Origin: Octopus sinensis
Lineage: Eukaryota
Direction of reading: 5' to 3'
Assembly: GCF_006345805.1 (NCBI RefSeq)
Contig: NC_043008.1
Span: forward strand, 35,650,001-35,714,000
DNA: 64,000 nt
Both the position numbers and the translations under genes were made by a program. The notes below the pieces were generated by a model that was not told where the DNA came from, did not search any database, and saw only the letters and a program-made list of their open reading frames with translations. This document shows positions 27,314-40,555 of the stretch, piece after piece. How positions within the stretch are numbered: position 1 is the first letter of the stretch; each line of letters begins with the position of its first letter.

Positions 27314-27550
27314 GTAAAATATGAAAAATCAACGGAAATGCACATTGCAAATAAAAAAAGGCTATTTATGACAGGTAATGACAAATATATACATTTAGAT
27401 GGACTGAGGTAGTAATAAGAGTCATAATAAGATGGACTGGGGTAGTAATCTACCTCAGTCCATCTAAATGTATATATTTGTCATTACCTGTCATAAATAG
27501 CCTTTTTTTATTTGCAATGTGCATTTTCGTTGATTTTTCATATTTTACCC
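27312..27550. repeat. Near-perfect inverted repeat (~100-bp arms)
   Basis: 27312-27412 is the reverse complement of 27449-27550 with ~1-2 differences; starts at a (TA)n tract. Confidence 0.9.
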
Positions 27551-27612
27551 TTACATTTCCACGTGTATTTTATATTTTCTTTCTGTAACATATTTCTACT
27601 ATATATATATAT

Positions 27613-28655
27613 ACAGCTATGCTACATGGCAGTGAAACATGGACTTTGACTACAAAAGACTTGCAAAGGTTTGAAAGATATGAAGCTAGCAAGCTCTGCT
27701 GGATGGGTGATGTCAGTGTGCACACACGATAAAGTGTAAATAATTTAAGATGAACACTGGTTGTAACAGGCATCAGATGTGTGCAAGAGAGAAGACTGCA
27801 CTGGTCAGTCATGTGATATGTATGGATGAGGACAGGTGCATAAAGAAGTGCCGAGCTCTAATTGTGGAGGAAACCTGTGGAACGGATAGGCCCAGGAAGA
27901 CTTGGGATGAAGTGGTGAGAAGGAATCTTTAGATGCTAAGTCTCACTGAGGAAATGACAAGGGACCGGGAGATGTGGTGATTTGCTGTACTTGAGAAGAC
28001 GCCTCAAGCTAAGTAAAATCACAGTCATCCATCCATACAGGCTTATCCTTTACAGGTGCCAGTACCACATAAAATGCACTCATGCTGGTGCTGTGTAAAT
28101 CCACCACTAGTAGTAACAAGTAAAAAAGCACCCACTATACTCTGTAAATTGGTTAGCATTAGGAAGGACATCCAGCCATTGAAACATGGTCAAAACAGAC
28201 AATTGGAGCCTGATGTAGCTCTCTGGCTTGCCAGCTTCTGCCAAACCATCCAACTCATGCTAGCATGTAATAAAAAGAAACGTCGCCCTTTTCAAGCCTA
28301 GCCAGGCTCATGGGCCTGGTTTCCCGGTTTCTGTAACGTATGTGTTCTTCCCAGCTGGACGGGACGCCAGTCCATTGCAGTTTTACTCAAGAAACAGGAA
28401 GAGAGAGTGAGAGAAAGTTGTGGTGAAAGAGTACAACAAGGGTCACCACCACCCCGTGCTGGAGCCTCGTGGAGCTTTTAGGCGTTTTCACTCAATAAAC
28501 ACACACACAATGCCCGGTCTGGGAATCGAAACCGCGATCCTCCGACCGCGAGTCTGCTGCCCTAACCACTGGGCCATTGCACCTCCTGCTAGCATGTAAA
28601 ACTGACGTTAAATGATTTGGTGATGGTGGTGGTGGTGGTGATTATGATGATGATG
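27613..28655 (+). mobile_element. Decayed RTE-clade LINE 3' portion, interrupted by a SINE
   Basis: AMLHGSETWTL...HVICMDEDRCIKKCRALIVEETCGTDRPRKTWDEVVRRNL; tail ACGTTAAATGAT. Confidence 0.85.
28275..28586 (-). mobile_element. tRNA-derived SINE (family C)
   Basis: TSD TGCTAGCATGTAA at 28258-28270 and 28587-28599; homologous to 1345-1650. Confidence 0.9.
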
Positions 28656-28781
28656 ACTTATACACCAAAATGACTTTAGAGGAACAAAAATTCCAAATCA
28701 AATGGTAAAATAATGATGATGTTTAATCAACATGTTTACATAATATCCTATGTCAATTTGTATGCAGGAATCCCTGGTACT

Positions 28782-29010
28782 TTTAACCCTGCAGCATTCA
28801 GATTACTCTGTCAAATGTAATGCTTATTTATTCACATTGGTTTTGAATTAATCATGTCTTATCTCATAGCTTCAAGATTTTAATGATGTGATTGTTTTAG
28901 TTTTAGAATGTCATTTTAGAATGTAGGTGCAAGAGGCCTGACCTGGTCGGTTGGAATATAAAACAGGCAGAATATTTGGGCCTGATATGACCAGTTTGAA
29001 TAATAAAGGG
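28782..29010 (+). mobile_element. piggyBac-like MITE (family 1)
   Basis: TTAACCCT start; reverse complement of 16812-17036. Confidence 0.65.
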
Positions 29011-29679
29011 CAGGGCTGAAGCTTCAAACTTTAAAGCAAGCAAGTAACACAGATCAAGAAAATAGTAGATTGCAGTCCTAAAAAGGTGTGTAATCTGCTA
29101 CAGGTAACCAAGTCCAGCAACACCTGATTCACATTTAGTTTAATAAACATGAATTTGGTTTCTCAGATGTTTTTTTGTTGTTTTTTTTTGTTCAGGGTGG
29201 TCTTTAAATCCTCGCTCCAGTGAGCTCAATAAATATTAAAAATTTACTCACCCTTAATAATATGATTAACTAACTCCAGGTACCTTCCAAAGTTTTTAGA
29301 GATTCCAGAAATAAGAAAAATTTACAATGGGAGCACTTGAAGAAGGAAGAATGTTCCATGCAAAATCAAAATATATAAAACCTGGTTTCTAACAACTCTT
29401 GGAGGGACAGCTGTTTCCAAATAACTAAACTTTGACACAATCAAAGAAGAAGTCAAACCGTGCAGATATATTTAAGAATAAATAAATGAATGTTTAAAAC
29501 TACTGCTAATTACTACATTCTTACAACAAACAATTTGTTTGGTTTCATGTTTTTCTTTTTATCTTTCAGCCATTATTTAAAATGTTTTGTGGGTTTTTTG
29601 TTTTATTTTTATTTCTTTGTGTATACATTTATATATCTGTGTGTATTTGTTTTTGTTGGTAAAATACATACATATAGAT

Positions 29680-29711
29680 ATATACATACATACATACAAA
29701 TATTATTATAT

Positions 29712-29743
<32 letters not shown>

Positions 29744-29958
29744 AATATATATATACATACATATATATACATATATATATATACATATATACGCGGAAAA
29801 CGGACATTAAACGATGATGATGATGATGATATATATATATACATGTATATATACACAATATACATATATATATATATACACATACATATATATATATATA
29901 TATACATACGTATATATACATATATATATATATGTGTGTATATATATATATTATATAC

Positions 29959-30009
<51 letters not shown>

Positions 30010-30032
30010 AGAGAGAGAGAGATGTGTGTGTT

Positions 30033-30082
<50 letters not shown>

Positions 30083-30188
30083 GTATATATATGCATGGGT
30101 AAACTGAAGTTTATATGTACAAACATGGATATGTATACAATATATACATATATATAATATATATATGCATACACACACATGCATGTGT

Positions 30189-30231
<43 letters not shown>

Positions 30232-30282
30232 ACCAAATGTATACATGTGTAAGTGGAGACAAAGAGAGAGAGAGAGAGAGAT
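29680..30282. repeat. Compound (TA)n/(CA)n/(GA)n microsatellite containing a ~40-bp RTE tail stub at 29792-29830
   Basis: Directly visible; CGCGGAAAACGGACATTAAACG(ATG)n. Confidence 0.85.
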
Positions 30283-31437
30283 GCACATACATGATATGCC
30301 AGGAAGGTACAGTTGAAATGATTCAAGAAAGAGACACCCAATTAAAAAGTTAACGAAATGTCTATCGTATTATAAGCTGCTGCCTTTCCATGCTCGCCTT
30401 CTCCTGTTGACAGCTCCACTAAGCAAAAGCAGGAATTAATTAACAAGGACGCTAATCTCAGTTATCTCCTGTAATTACTGATTGAGTCGTCGAGAGGAAA
30501 TGTATAATTTGATGGTGAGTTCGGTGCAGCTGTACCAGGCTTGCCCAGTGCTGGCAGTGAGGTTATTGTTCTGGCTGTATAACCCCAGGTTGGCCCTGAT
30601 TGAAAAGATAAAGTTATGATCAAAGGCACTCTACCCATGACTGTTCTGTCCTTTTTCACCAGGTATTTTGTGCTTCACACTATTTCATTCAAACTATCTC
30701 TTTGCCTTTAAAGATGTGACTGGAGAGAGATTTTGCAGCTATTTCTAGTAAATCGAGCGACCACATACAGGCTCCCTTGTTGTTTACATTATTGTTATAG
30801 TTGTTGTTGTAGTTATTATTTAGCACCAGGTCAACTCTGACTGAGCAGACCAATGATCAAAGGCATTCCAGCTGTGACCATCCTATCTTTTTCTTAAGCA
30901 TTTTTATGATAGGAAGTGTGTAATTTACCCCACCCCAACTTCCACCTGTTGCTTCTACTCATTCTTTTCCAGCTGAGTGAACAGGAGCAATGTGGAATGA
31001 AGAACCTTGCTGAAGGATGCATCATGCTGCCTGGTTCAAGAATCAAACCCATCACCTAGGGATCTTCAGCCTACACTTTGACCAGTTAGCCACTTGTAAA
31101 TTGAAGATTTGGTTGCTATTTCTAATAGTTTAAGTAATCACAAAGGGGTTCCCTCATTGCCTCATATTGATTATAGTAGTTGTTTTTGTTGTTGTTGTTG
31201 TTTCACTCCCAAAGCAATCTTGACTAATCAGATTTATAATTAAAAGAATTGCAACTGTGCCCAAACCATCTTTTATGGGGTATACAGGACAAAATGTACA
31301 GGTAGCTGTGGGTGCAACAGTACCCTCTTCAAGAAACTTGTTTTAAGAAAAGCTAAGGAGTGCCTAACTCCCAACAGCTTTACAGCATCTCCTCATACAC
31401 ACAAACACATCACACACACACACACACAACACACACA

Positions 31438-31473
<36 letters not shown>

Positions 31474-31516
31474 ACACACACACACACACATGTATATACA
31501 TGACAGGTTTCTTTTA

Positions 31517-31851
31517 CATTATTTACATTTGGCGGATATTTGTCCTCATCTTGTTTGTTGCTAACACAATGCTTCGGCTGATATACCCTCCAGCCTTCAT
31601 CAGGTGTCTTGGGGAAATCTCGAACCTGGGTTCTCATTCTTAAGGTATTTTTCGATGTTATTATTATTAATATTATTATTATTCAGGTCACTGCCTGGAA
31701 TCGAACTCGGAATCTTGGGGTTTGTTAGCCCACGCTCTTAACCACTATGCCATATGCACATGGGCAACAAACAAGATGAGGACAAATAGCCATCAAATGT
31801 AAATAATGTAAATAATGTACATAATTCCTCATCTCTTAAATATAGAACTGT
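31517..31851 (-). mobile_element. Composite element: inverted tail copy + tRNA-like Pol III head + hammerhead-like motif + tail
   Basis: TSD AGGTTTCTTTTA at 31505-31516 and 31852-31863 inside a family-A SINE; A-box 31742-31752; B-box 31697-31708; inverted arms 31514-31561 / 31764-31812. Confidence 0.8.
31563..31608 (-). ncRNA. Minimal type I hammerhead ribozyme-like motif (degenerate in this copy)
   Basis: Minus strand GACAC-CTGATGA-A-GGCTG[GAGGGTATAT]CAGCC-GAAG-CA-TT-GTGTT; stems I and II pair; GAAA box reads GAAG. Confidence 0.7.
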
Positions 31852-32655
31852 AGGTTTCTTTTAGTTTCTGTCTACAAGATCCACTCACAAGCCATTGATC
31901 AGCCCGGGGTTACAATATAAGACACTCATACAAGGTGCTACTGAGTAAGACTGAACCTAAAAGCACAGGGCTGGGAACAAAACTTCTTAACCACGCAGCC
32001 ATGTCTGCTTCTCTGTGCCAAGAGCCATGCCATCCAGACAATACTTGTACAAGAAAATAGTTTGGTTAAATCATTTCCTTACAATAAACTATAAAGTTTC
32101 TCTCCTCTCTCCACCCCTCTTTCCTCAAAGTTAATCAAAAGGAAAGATGATGGTGGAAGGGTGACAAGGGGGTAACAGAAAAATTAATTACCAAAAAAGA
32201 AAAAAAAACAATTACTTAATAAATTGTGGAAAAAAAAACAACAATAAAACAATATATATATACTTTTTAAAAAAATTAATGATTCATTAATTTTGTTGAT
32301 TTCAATATCTCTATTGCTTAATTATGCTCTCAAGTTCACTGACATACAACTTTTCTTGTAATATGGTAAGTAATATTGCACATTAAGATACTTCATTTTC
32401 TCTGACCATATTTCACTTCCACACACCATTAAATTTCTTATATCGTCTTCCCATAAATATTTTATCCAAAACAACGCTACGATTAACATGCAGATTATAA
32501 AGTGAAACTTTGTAACAACAGCCTGTATCTACAGGCAGTTGTGGTGCATCATTGCGCCAAACATATTCTGTCATATCATTCTACACACTGATCACAAAAC
32601 AAAAACCTTACATCAACAGCTGTGCCTGTAGTTATGAATGCCCCTGTACGAGCGT

Positions 32656-32947
32656 CTTATATTATAACCCCGGGCTGATCAATGGCTTGTGAGTGGATCT
32701 GGTAGACAGAAACTAAAAGAAACCTCCAGTTCTATATTTAAGAGATGAGGAATTATGTACATTATTTACATTATTTACATTTGACAGATATATGTCCTCA
32801 TCTTGTTTGTTGCCCATGTGCATATGGCATAGTGATTAAGAGCGTGGGCTACTAACACCAAAATTCTGAGTTCAATTCCAGGCAGTGACCTGAATAATAA
32901 TAATATTAATAATAATGATATCGAAAAATACCTTAAGAATGAGAACT
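32656..32947 (+). repeat. Inverted duplication of 31630-31923
   Basis: Reverse-complement match spans both the composite element and its flanking host SINE. Confidence 0.85.
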
Positions 32948-34349
32948 CATTCTACATGTTGATTACTAGCCAAAACCTTACATCAACAGCCATCAATATG
33001 TGCATCAAACACATTATTCTGTTGCATCACTCTACACAATGATTACCAGACAAAATATTGCATCAGCTACCTCTAGTCCAAATCGGGATGGCAAGTGGCC
33101 AACTGGTCAAGGTGTAGGCTGAAGAACACTAGGTCATGGGTTTGAGTCTTGACCAGGCAGCATGCTGTGTCCTTTGGCAAGATACTTCATTCCACATTGC
33201 TTCAGTTCACTCAGCTGGAAAAAACGAGTAGAAGCAACAGGTGGGGGGAGGGGGCGGTTAAGCCAGGATGCCAGTGAACTGGCATCCTGTTCAGGAATGA
33301 GTCTTATACCCTCAGTTGCCAAAAACGCCTTGAAAATCTAGACCAGCTCTGCAACCATGGGTCTAAATTAGAACCTGGTCTCATTGCCAGTGTAAGAGCA
33401 GGTAGGAATGATTGAGCATCTTCAGACATTTTGGTAAGTGCTGGAACGGTTTACCTAAATGCCATCTTTAGGTCTATAGGCAGAATTGGATTCAATGCTT
33501 TGTCATTTGTACAGTATCTTGTGCTTGCTTGCACTTCACAATTCACTGTAGTTCCTACTATTCATGGTTGGGTAGACTAAGGCCAAAGCCAGTAGCAGTT
33601 TATTGTCTTGGAAAACAGGCAAGACATGGTGCCAGTGGTGACTAATGAAGTGCCATTTCTTTGACTCGACCAGCAATAACACACAGCAATAACACAGAGC
33701 AATAACTACGAAACACAAATCTGAAGTTAATGCTTTTACTTAACCTAAATTTAACAACAGAAAAATAGAGTTCAATATTTAACAAGGGCACTAAATCCAA
33801 TATGCATACATAAATGTGTGTGTGTGTGTGTGTGTGTATGTGTGGGAAGACGTGAGGAAGTGTATGCATGTGTGTAAGGCGGTTGTGATGTGGTCGGTGG
33901 TGAGAGGTGAGGGAAAAATGTAATGAATCTGTCTTATCTGTCAATATAAATGGAAAAATCACAATAAAAACAACGTAATCTTTTCCTTCAAAACAGGATT
34001 ACAAGCTGAAACAGTAACCTACTCTCTAGCAGAGATTTAGCTCACTGCCAGCACCTTTCAAACATGAACCATCAAGAATTTCACTGATTCACATTTGAAC
34101 AGCTGCACATGGTATTGCAGCTGCTGCTGCTGTTGTTGTTGTTGTTGTTCCTGCTGCTGTTGTTGTTGTTGTTTTCTACAGCAGCAAAATCAACAACAAT
34201 CAATAAACAGCAACAGAAAAATGCACAACAACAACAACAACAGTTTAAGTGGCAAAAAAAATAAATAATGACAGGTGCAGCAGCAACTGCTAAAACAACG
34301 GCAACAATTACAACAACAACAAGAACAGAAAAAGCAGCAGCAGCAATCT

Positions 34350-34567
34350 ACTCTTTTACTCTTTTACTTGCTTTAGTCATTTGACTGAGGCCATGCTGGA
34401 ACACCGCCTTTTAGTTGAGCAAATCGACCCCAGGACTTATTCTTTGTAAGCCTAGTACTTATTCTATTGGTCTCTTTTTGCCAAACCGCTAAGTTATGGG
34501 GATGTAAACACACCAGCATTGGTTGTCAAGCGATGTTGGGGGGGCACAAACATACACACACAGACAC

Positions 34568-34598
<31 letters not shown>

Positions 34599-34778
34599 TA
34601 TATACAACGGGCTTCTTTCAGTTTCCATCTACCAAATCCACTCGCGAGGCTTTGGTCAGCCCGAGGCTATAGTAGAAGACACTTGCCCAAGGTGCCACTT
34701 GCCCAAGGTGCCACACAGTGGGACTGAACCCAGAACCATGTGGTTGGTAAGCAAGTTACTTACCACACAGCCACTCCT
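34350..34778 (-). mobile_element. tRNA-derived SINE (family A)
   Basis: Full length; 16-bp internal duplication CACTTGCCCAAGGTGC. Confidence 0.9.
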
Positions 34779-36484
34779 ACACTACGCAATACAAGAAAAT
34801 AAAGAAAATAATATTAAAATCAACTTCTAAAAAATACCATCAACAAGAGTGCAATACAAATGCCAACCAGCGTAGCTATGTAGCTACTTGATCTACAAGA
34901 AACAGAAGCCAAGCCTCCCTCAAATCATATTCCAAAGTTGCAAAACAAAAATGGAGAAATTCATTGGCCAATGCAGTCTTGATCATATGAAAAGACAGGA
35001 TGGGTGGTCAAAGCTGGAAAGTTTTTAATAATAGGCCAGATTTATCAAGGATGACCTAGGGTTAAAACAATAACAACAAGAATAATGAACGTCAACAATG
35101 AACCGATGAGAAAGCCAGTATGTGGTCAGTAAAGGTTTTAGAAATAACAGCTAAGAACACATTAGATAATGTGTTCCGTACATCCAAAAATAATGGAGGT
35201 TGGATCGGTTTTGGTCATAGTTTTACTCGATCAGGGTCATGCTAAGTCTAATCAACAACAGCAACAGTGCCACCACCACCTCCACCACCAAGTAATAACA
35301 ACTAAAATAACAACAACAAGAACAAGAATAACAGCTTTGCAATATTTAAAGATAATTGGAAAAGAGAAGTTTCTGTGCAGAAATGTTGAGAAGATTTGAC
35401 ATGTGATAGAAGATGAAGATTTAATCCAGATTTAAGAATCTCAGTAAAAACAAAGCACAACCATGGCGGTGGTGGTGGTGGTAATGGTGGAGGTGGAGGC
35501 TGTGGTGGCGGAGGTAGTGTTGCTGCTACTGGGATAGTGAAAATGGTGATAGCAGTGTTAGTGACAGTGATGGTGGTGGTGGAGATAGTGGAGCTGTGTG
35601 TTAAAGCAATGGTGGAGGTGGAGGTGGTGGTGGTGGTGGTGCTGCTGCTACTGCTGTTGTTGTTGCTGGAGATGATGATGTTGATGGTGGTGGGATAGTA
35701 AATGTAGAGCTGGTGGTTTCAGGTAGGGGTAAAAGTTGTTGGTGGTGGTGGTGGTGGTGTGGTGGTGGTGGTGGTGGCAGTGGTGATATAGTAGTATTTA
35801 TCAGTTGTAATATTCCATGATGGCGGTGGTGGTGTTGGTGGTGTCTGGGGGGGTGAGACAGTGGTGGTAGCAGTAATGGTTTGGTAGCGATGAGGATGGT
35901 GGTGGTGGTGGAGGTGGCAACGGCAGAGATGGTGATGGCGGTGAAAGAGGTCAATGGGTGAAAGTGCTTGTTGAAGTTGTTGTTGGTATCGTTTACCACC
36001 CCACCCCCACTGCAGTCAATCCTGATCAAACACACCAATGAACAAAGATATCCCAGCCATGACCTTCCCATCTGTTCCTCCTAAGTGTAGGACAACATTA
36101 TCCAATGAGTCCTCTATTAAGACTTGAAGGTGTGATTGGAGGGAGATTTGGTTGCTAATTCTAACAGACCGACAGACCATGTAGAGGCTACCTCATTATC
36201 TTAGCGTTGGTTGTTGTAGAGTGGTATAGATGGCATGGTTAGGCTACTTGGTGGTAGAAAGCCTGGTACTGGCGTTTTGGCAGTAGTAGTAGAAATAGTA
36301 TACAATGTTGATAAGGTTGGGTGGGGAGCTATTTAGAGGTTCCAGTTGATAGGCATGGATGGAGAGAGTGATCTCTGGTGGTGATAGTCTGAAAGTTGCA
36401 GGTATAAGGGGTAATGAGGATGGTGAAGGTGGTGGATGTGATGGTGATGGTGGTGGTGATGGCTGAAACTGTAAAAGTGGTGGT

Positions 36485-36690
36485 GGTGGTGCCACAGGGT
36501 GGTGGTGGTGCCACAGGGTGGTCGTGGTGCCACAGGGTGGTCGTGGTGCCACAGGGTGGTTGTGGTTCCACAGGGTGGTTGTGGTGCCAGTGGTCATGGT
36601 GCCACAGGGTGGTCGTGGTGCCACAGGGTGGTTGTGGTGCCAAAGGGTGGTTGTGGTGCCGGTGGTCGTGGTGCCACAGGGTGGTGGTGG
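36485..36690. repeat. 19-bp G-rich minisatellite (GCCACAGGGTGGTYGTGGT) embedded in a (GGT)n region spanning ~35465-36960
   Basis: About 11 full or partial units counted by eye. Confidence 0.9.
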
Positions 36691-37569
36691 TGATGACAGA
36701 GGTGGTACAGTGGTGGTGTTGAAAGAATGAGATGGGGGAGTGGTGGTGAAGGTGGTGGTGGAAGTGGTGGTGGTGGTGGTGGTGGTGTTGGTGGTCGTGG
36801 TGGATGTGGTGGTGGTGGTGGTGGTGGTAGCGGTGATAGCCATGGTAAACAGCAGTGGTGATTGAAACAGCAAAAGTAGTGGTGGTCGTGGCAGCAGCAG
36901 CAACTGCAGCAGTGACAGTGGAAATTAGAAACAGCAGCAGTAGTAGTTGCAGTGGTCGTGACAGCAATGATGCTGCTGAAAGCTTTACATCTAATGGAAT
37001 TATTTTTGGTGCTTTTAAAAGACATTATTACAGTTGTTTCAATTCTATATTCCAGACATACGAGTCACTCCTTCCTTATACCTTTCACACTATTTCAATC
37101 ACTTCACACTTGTTACATCTTCAATATTATAGTCTTAATAAAAACTACATACCATTCTGATGCCGTCGCCGGTAGCGGAGATAGGAGTGGTGGTAGCGGA
37201 GACAGAAGGTTGGGTTTGGGGTGGAGGTGGCAGGGGGGTAGCTGTGAGGGTGGGGTTGGGGTTGGGGGTGAAGATTTCTTTATATTTTGTAGCATAGGTA
37301 ACAATGAAATGAGCATTAATACTAAAATATAGCTTACATGACTACTATATTTCACAAACATGAGACATAAAACAGTATATGATACGTGCATACATCAGTG
37401 TAAGTATGTGTGTGTACTTTTGTCTATGTAAATGTGTGTGTGGTGTGTGCATGCATGCATGTATAAGTATATACATTTGTCTGGCACATATGTATACATG
37501 TAAATTTGAATGTATGTATGTAAGTATGTATGTATGTATGCATGTATATATCTTGTGCTTTTGTATTTA

Positions 37570-37718
37570 TATATATATTTATATAATAAGAGATATATAT
37601 ATATGTGTGTGTGTGTGTATATATATATATGTATATATATATATAAGTGTGTATATGTATATATATATATGGTGTATATGTATATACATATATATATATA
37701 TATATATACATATATATG

Positions 37719-37763
<45 letters not shown>

Positions 37764-37793
37764 GCATATATATGTATATATATATATATATAA

Positions 37794-37840
<47 letters not shown>
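37570..37840. repeat. (TA)n-rich microsatellite
   Basis: Directly visible. Confidence 0.9.
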
Positions 37841-38121
37841 AATATCTAAATGTGTATACGTATATACTTTTGTCTTAATAAGTATGTATGTGTGTATGTA
37901 GGATGGATGTATATTTATATCTATGTAAGTATGCATCTTTTACGTATGTATATGTATACTTATGCCTGTGCATGCATGTATGTGGGTATGTATGAGGATC
38001 GCAAATAAATATCAGTATGAAATGCTACATGGTATGCCACAAAACACAAAACATGTAAGTGTGTGCATGTGTATGTGTGTCTGTGTGTGATAATATATAT
38101 ATATAAATATGTATATTATAT

Positions 38122-38181
<60 letters not shown>

Positions 38182-39953
38182 GTATATAGGTTCCCTGAAA
38201 GTTAATGACAGGAACCAAATGAAGATAAAGCCATGCCTCCTTCCAGCCTCCTCATCAAAGACAAAGGTACCTTAATCCTGCTCTTCCCTAAATAAATCCA
38301 TTTAGGCCTTCTCTGGCAGATATGCAAATCCAGGATGCTGAGCCATTCATACAATGCAATGCTTTCACTTCAACCCATCATCATCATCTTCATCATTTCA
38401 AAAAACAGCAATGTTCTCCTCCTACTCGCCATCGTCATCATCATTGTCATCATCATCATCATCAATTAACATCCACTTTTCCATGCTTGCATGAGTTGGA
38501 TAGAATTTGTTAAGGTGAATTTTCTACAGCCAGATGCCAATTATCATCTGTTTCCAAATAAGGTAATATTTTCCCCATGTTTTGACTCAAGATTGGAAAC
38601 AAAGGACATCACCTGCATGGTAGTGACATTCATTTACAACAATCACAAATAGTGGAGGCAAGGAGACAGTAACCCACCCACACACACAGAAACATATGTT
38701 CTTTACTCCCTGGATAGGAAGCCAGTCCATCGCATGATTGCTCATTTTTGCCAGCTGCAAAGACTGAAACAACATGAAACGAAGTGTTTTGCTCAAGAAC
38801 ACAGCACATTGCCTGGTCCAGGAATCGAAACCACAATTTTATGATCATAAGTGTAACACTCTAACCACTAAGCCATGCACCTCCACATACACACACCACA
38901 CATGCACACACACACACACAAAAAGTTTATTTTCAGTTTCAATCTATCAAATTCATTCACAAGGCTTTGCTTGACCAGAGGCAAGACATGACTCAGCATT
39001 GGGCTGGCCACATTACTGAAAAAATTCAAGGTAATTTTTCATTTAATCCTGCCATTCAGAAAGACCACTCCAGGGCTACAGTTTGCCCTTCACTGACTTA
39101 GATTTCAAATCATATTCTATTAACTTTAAAAACAGAAGTATCCTTTGGAAAACGGGAAAATGTTAGTATTCAATACAATGTACCTGAAAAGAAGACAGAA
39201 GCATTATGGCTGGAACACTTTTAACCTGTTTTACTGCATGATTAAAAATCATGGTTATTCCAGTAATGATGTTAAATATCTAATGAAATATAGAATTGGT
39301 AATTTCTGAAAGTCACATTGCCTCAATAAACTTGACATATCTCAACAAAAAATAGTTTTGAAAATAGCATTCCTCAACGAATGATAGACTGGTATAGAAA
39401 ACTACTTTTTACAATTAAGGGTAATGAAATTTCTGGAGTGGATGTATTTGATTTCTGCTGTAGAAGAGTTAATGATAGGTTTGTCCTAGGGATAAACACT
39501 AATAACAAATACCTGACAGAAACGTTTGTGTGAAAGCTTATGTCTTGCCTCGTTGCAGTAAAAACTCTTAAAGAAAATGAATGGCATAAATCAAGAAAAT
39601 GTTTTGAGATTGCTGAAACAGCAGGAAATACTTTCAATAACAGAACAGGGAGGAGGAATTTTCTTTAAGGAGTTGAATGAGGGGGGGGTGGTGCCTTAAA
39701 TAAAGGTAGGTGTGTGGGTGAGGGTCAAAACAAAGAATTATTCTAATGACAAAACTGACCTGGAGACACAAAATTCTGGCTGTGTTTCAATAAGCATTAT
39801 CTAGAATTAATTGGAATTGTCTCTGAATGAGATCGGAATTTTATTCATAGAAAGATAAGGAAATACCAACAGACACAAAATGAAAATGCCAAAGTGATTC
39901 TCTGAAAAACCATTTGGTTTGGATCATTAATTGTTTGTATGGTTTAATTACGT

Positions 39954-39989
<36 letters not shown>

Positions 39990-40234
39990 TATATAAAGAT
40001 ACTTAGTAATTGTATTGATAATGCAGTATTGATACTGAAACTGACTATGTTAAACATTTTGATAAGTTAAACTTGAATATTGTTTTATAAAATATAGGCA
40101 CAGGTATAGCTGGGTGGTTAAGAAACTTGCTTTGAAAACATAGGGTTTTGGGATTCAGTTCCACTGCACACATCTTAGACAAGTGTCTTCTTGTGACCCC
40201 AAACTTACTAATAATACCTTGTGAGTGAATGTTA

Positions 40235-40420
40235 TAAACAGAAACTATGCTGAATCTCAGCTGCAGGAAAAAGCTCACAAGCAGGAAAAGGATCTCTGTG
40301 TAGTATTTGTTGATCCCACAAAGGCTTTTGTCATGGTATGTTGTGATGCATTATGGAAGGTCCAGGCAAAGTTTGGAGTACTTGAACAAATGATGAAGGT
40401 GATAATAGCATTGCACAGAA
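40235..40420 (+). pseudogene. RTE reverse-transcriptase fragment
   Basis: QLQEKAHKQEKDLCVVFVDPTKAFVMVCCDALWKVQAKFG resembles the RTE/BovB QLQEK..E....L...FVDL.KAFD.V....LW..L.KFG segment. Confidence 0.75.
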
Positions 40421-40523
40421 TATCAATCTGCTGGGAGCTGTCCACAGATATGCAACCAGACAAATTCCCTGTCATTCCTAGATTCCATTAAGAATTATAT
40501 CAATTATAAATGAAATTTGAGTA

Positions 40524-40524
<1 letters not shown>

Positions 40525-40555
<31 letters not shown>

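Noticed and set aside
31686-31752. tRNA gene (also other A/B-box heads)
   Set aside because: SINE-type heads without a complete acceptor stem or cloverleaf, embedded in repeats.
35601-37332. Long His/Pro/Thr-rich ORFs
   Set aside because: (GGT)n and the 19-bp minisatellite are open in several frames on both strands.
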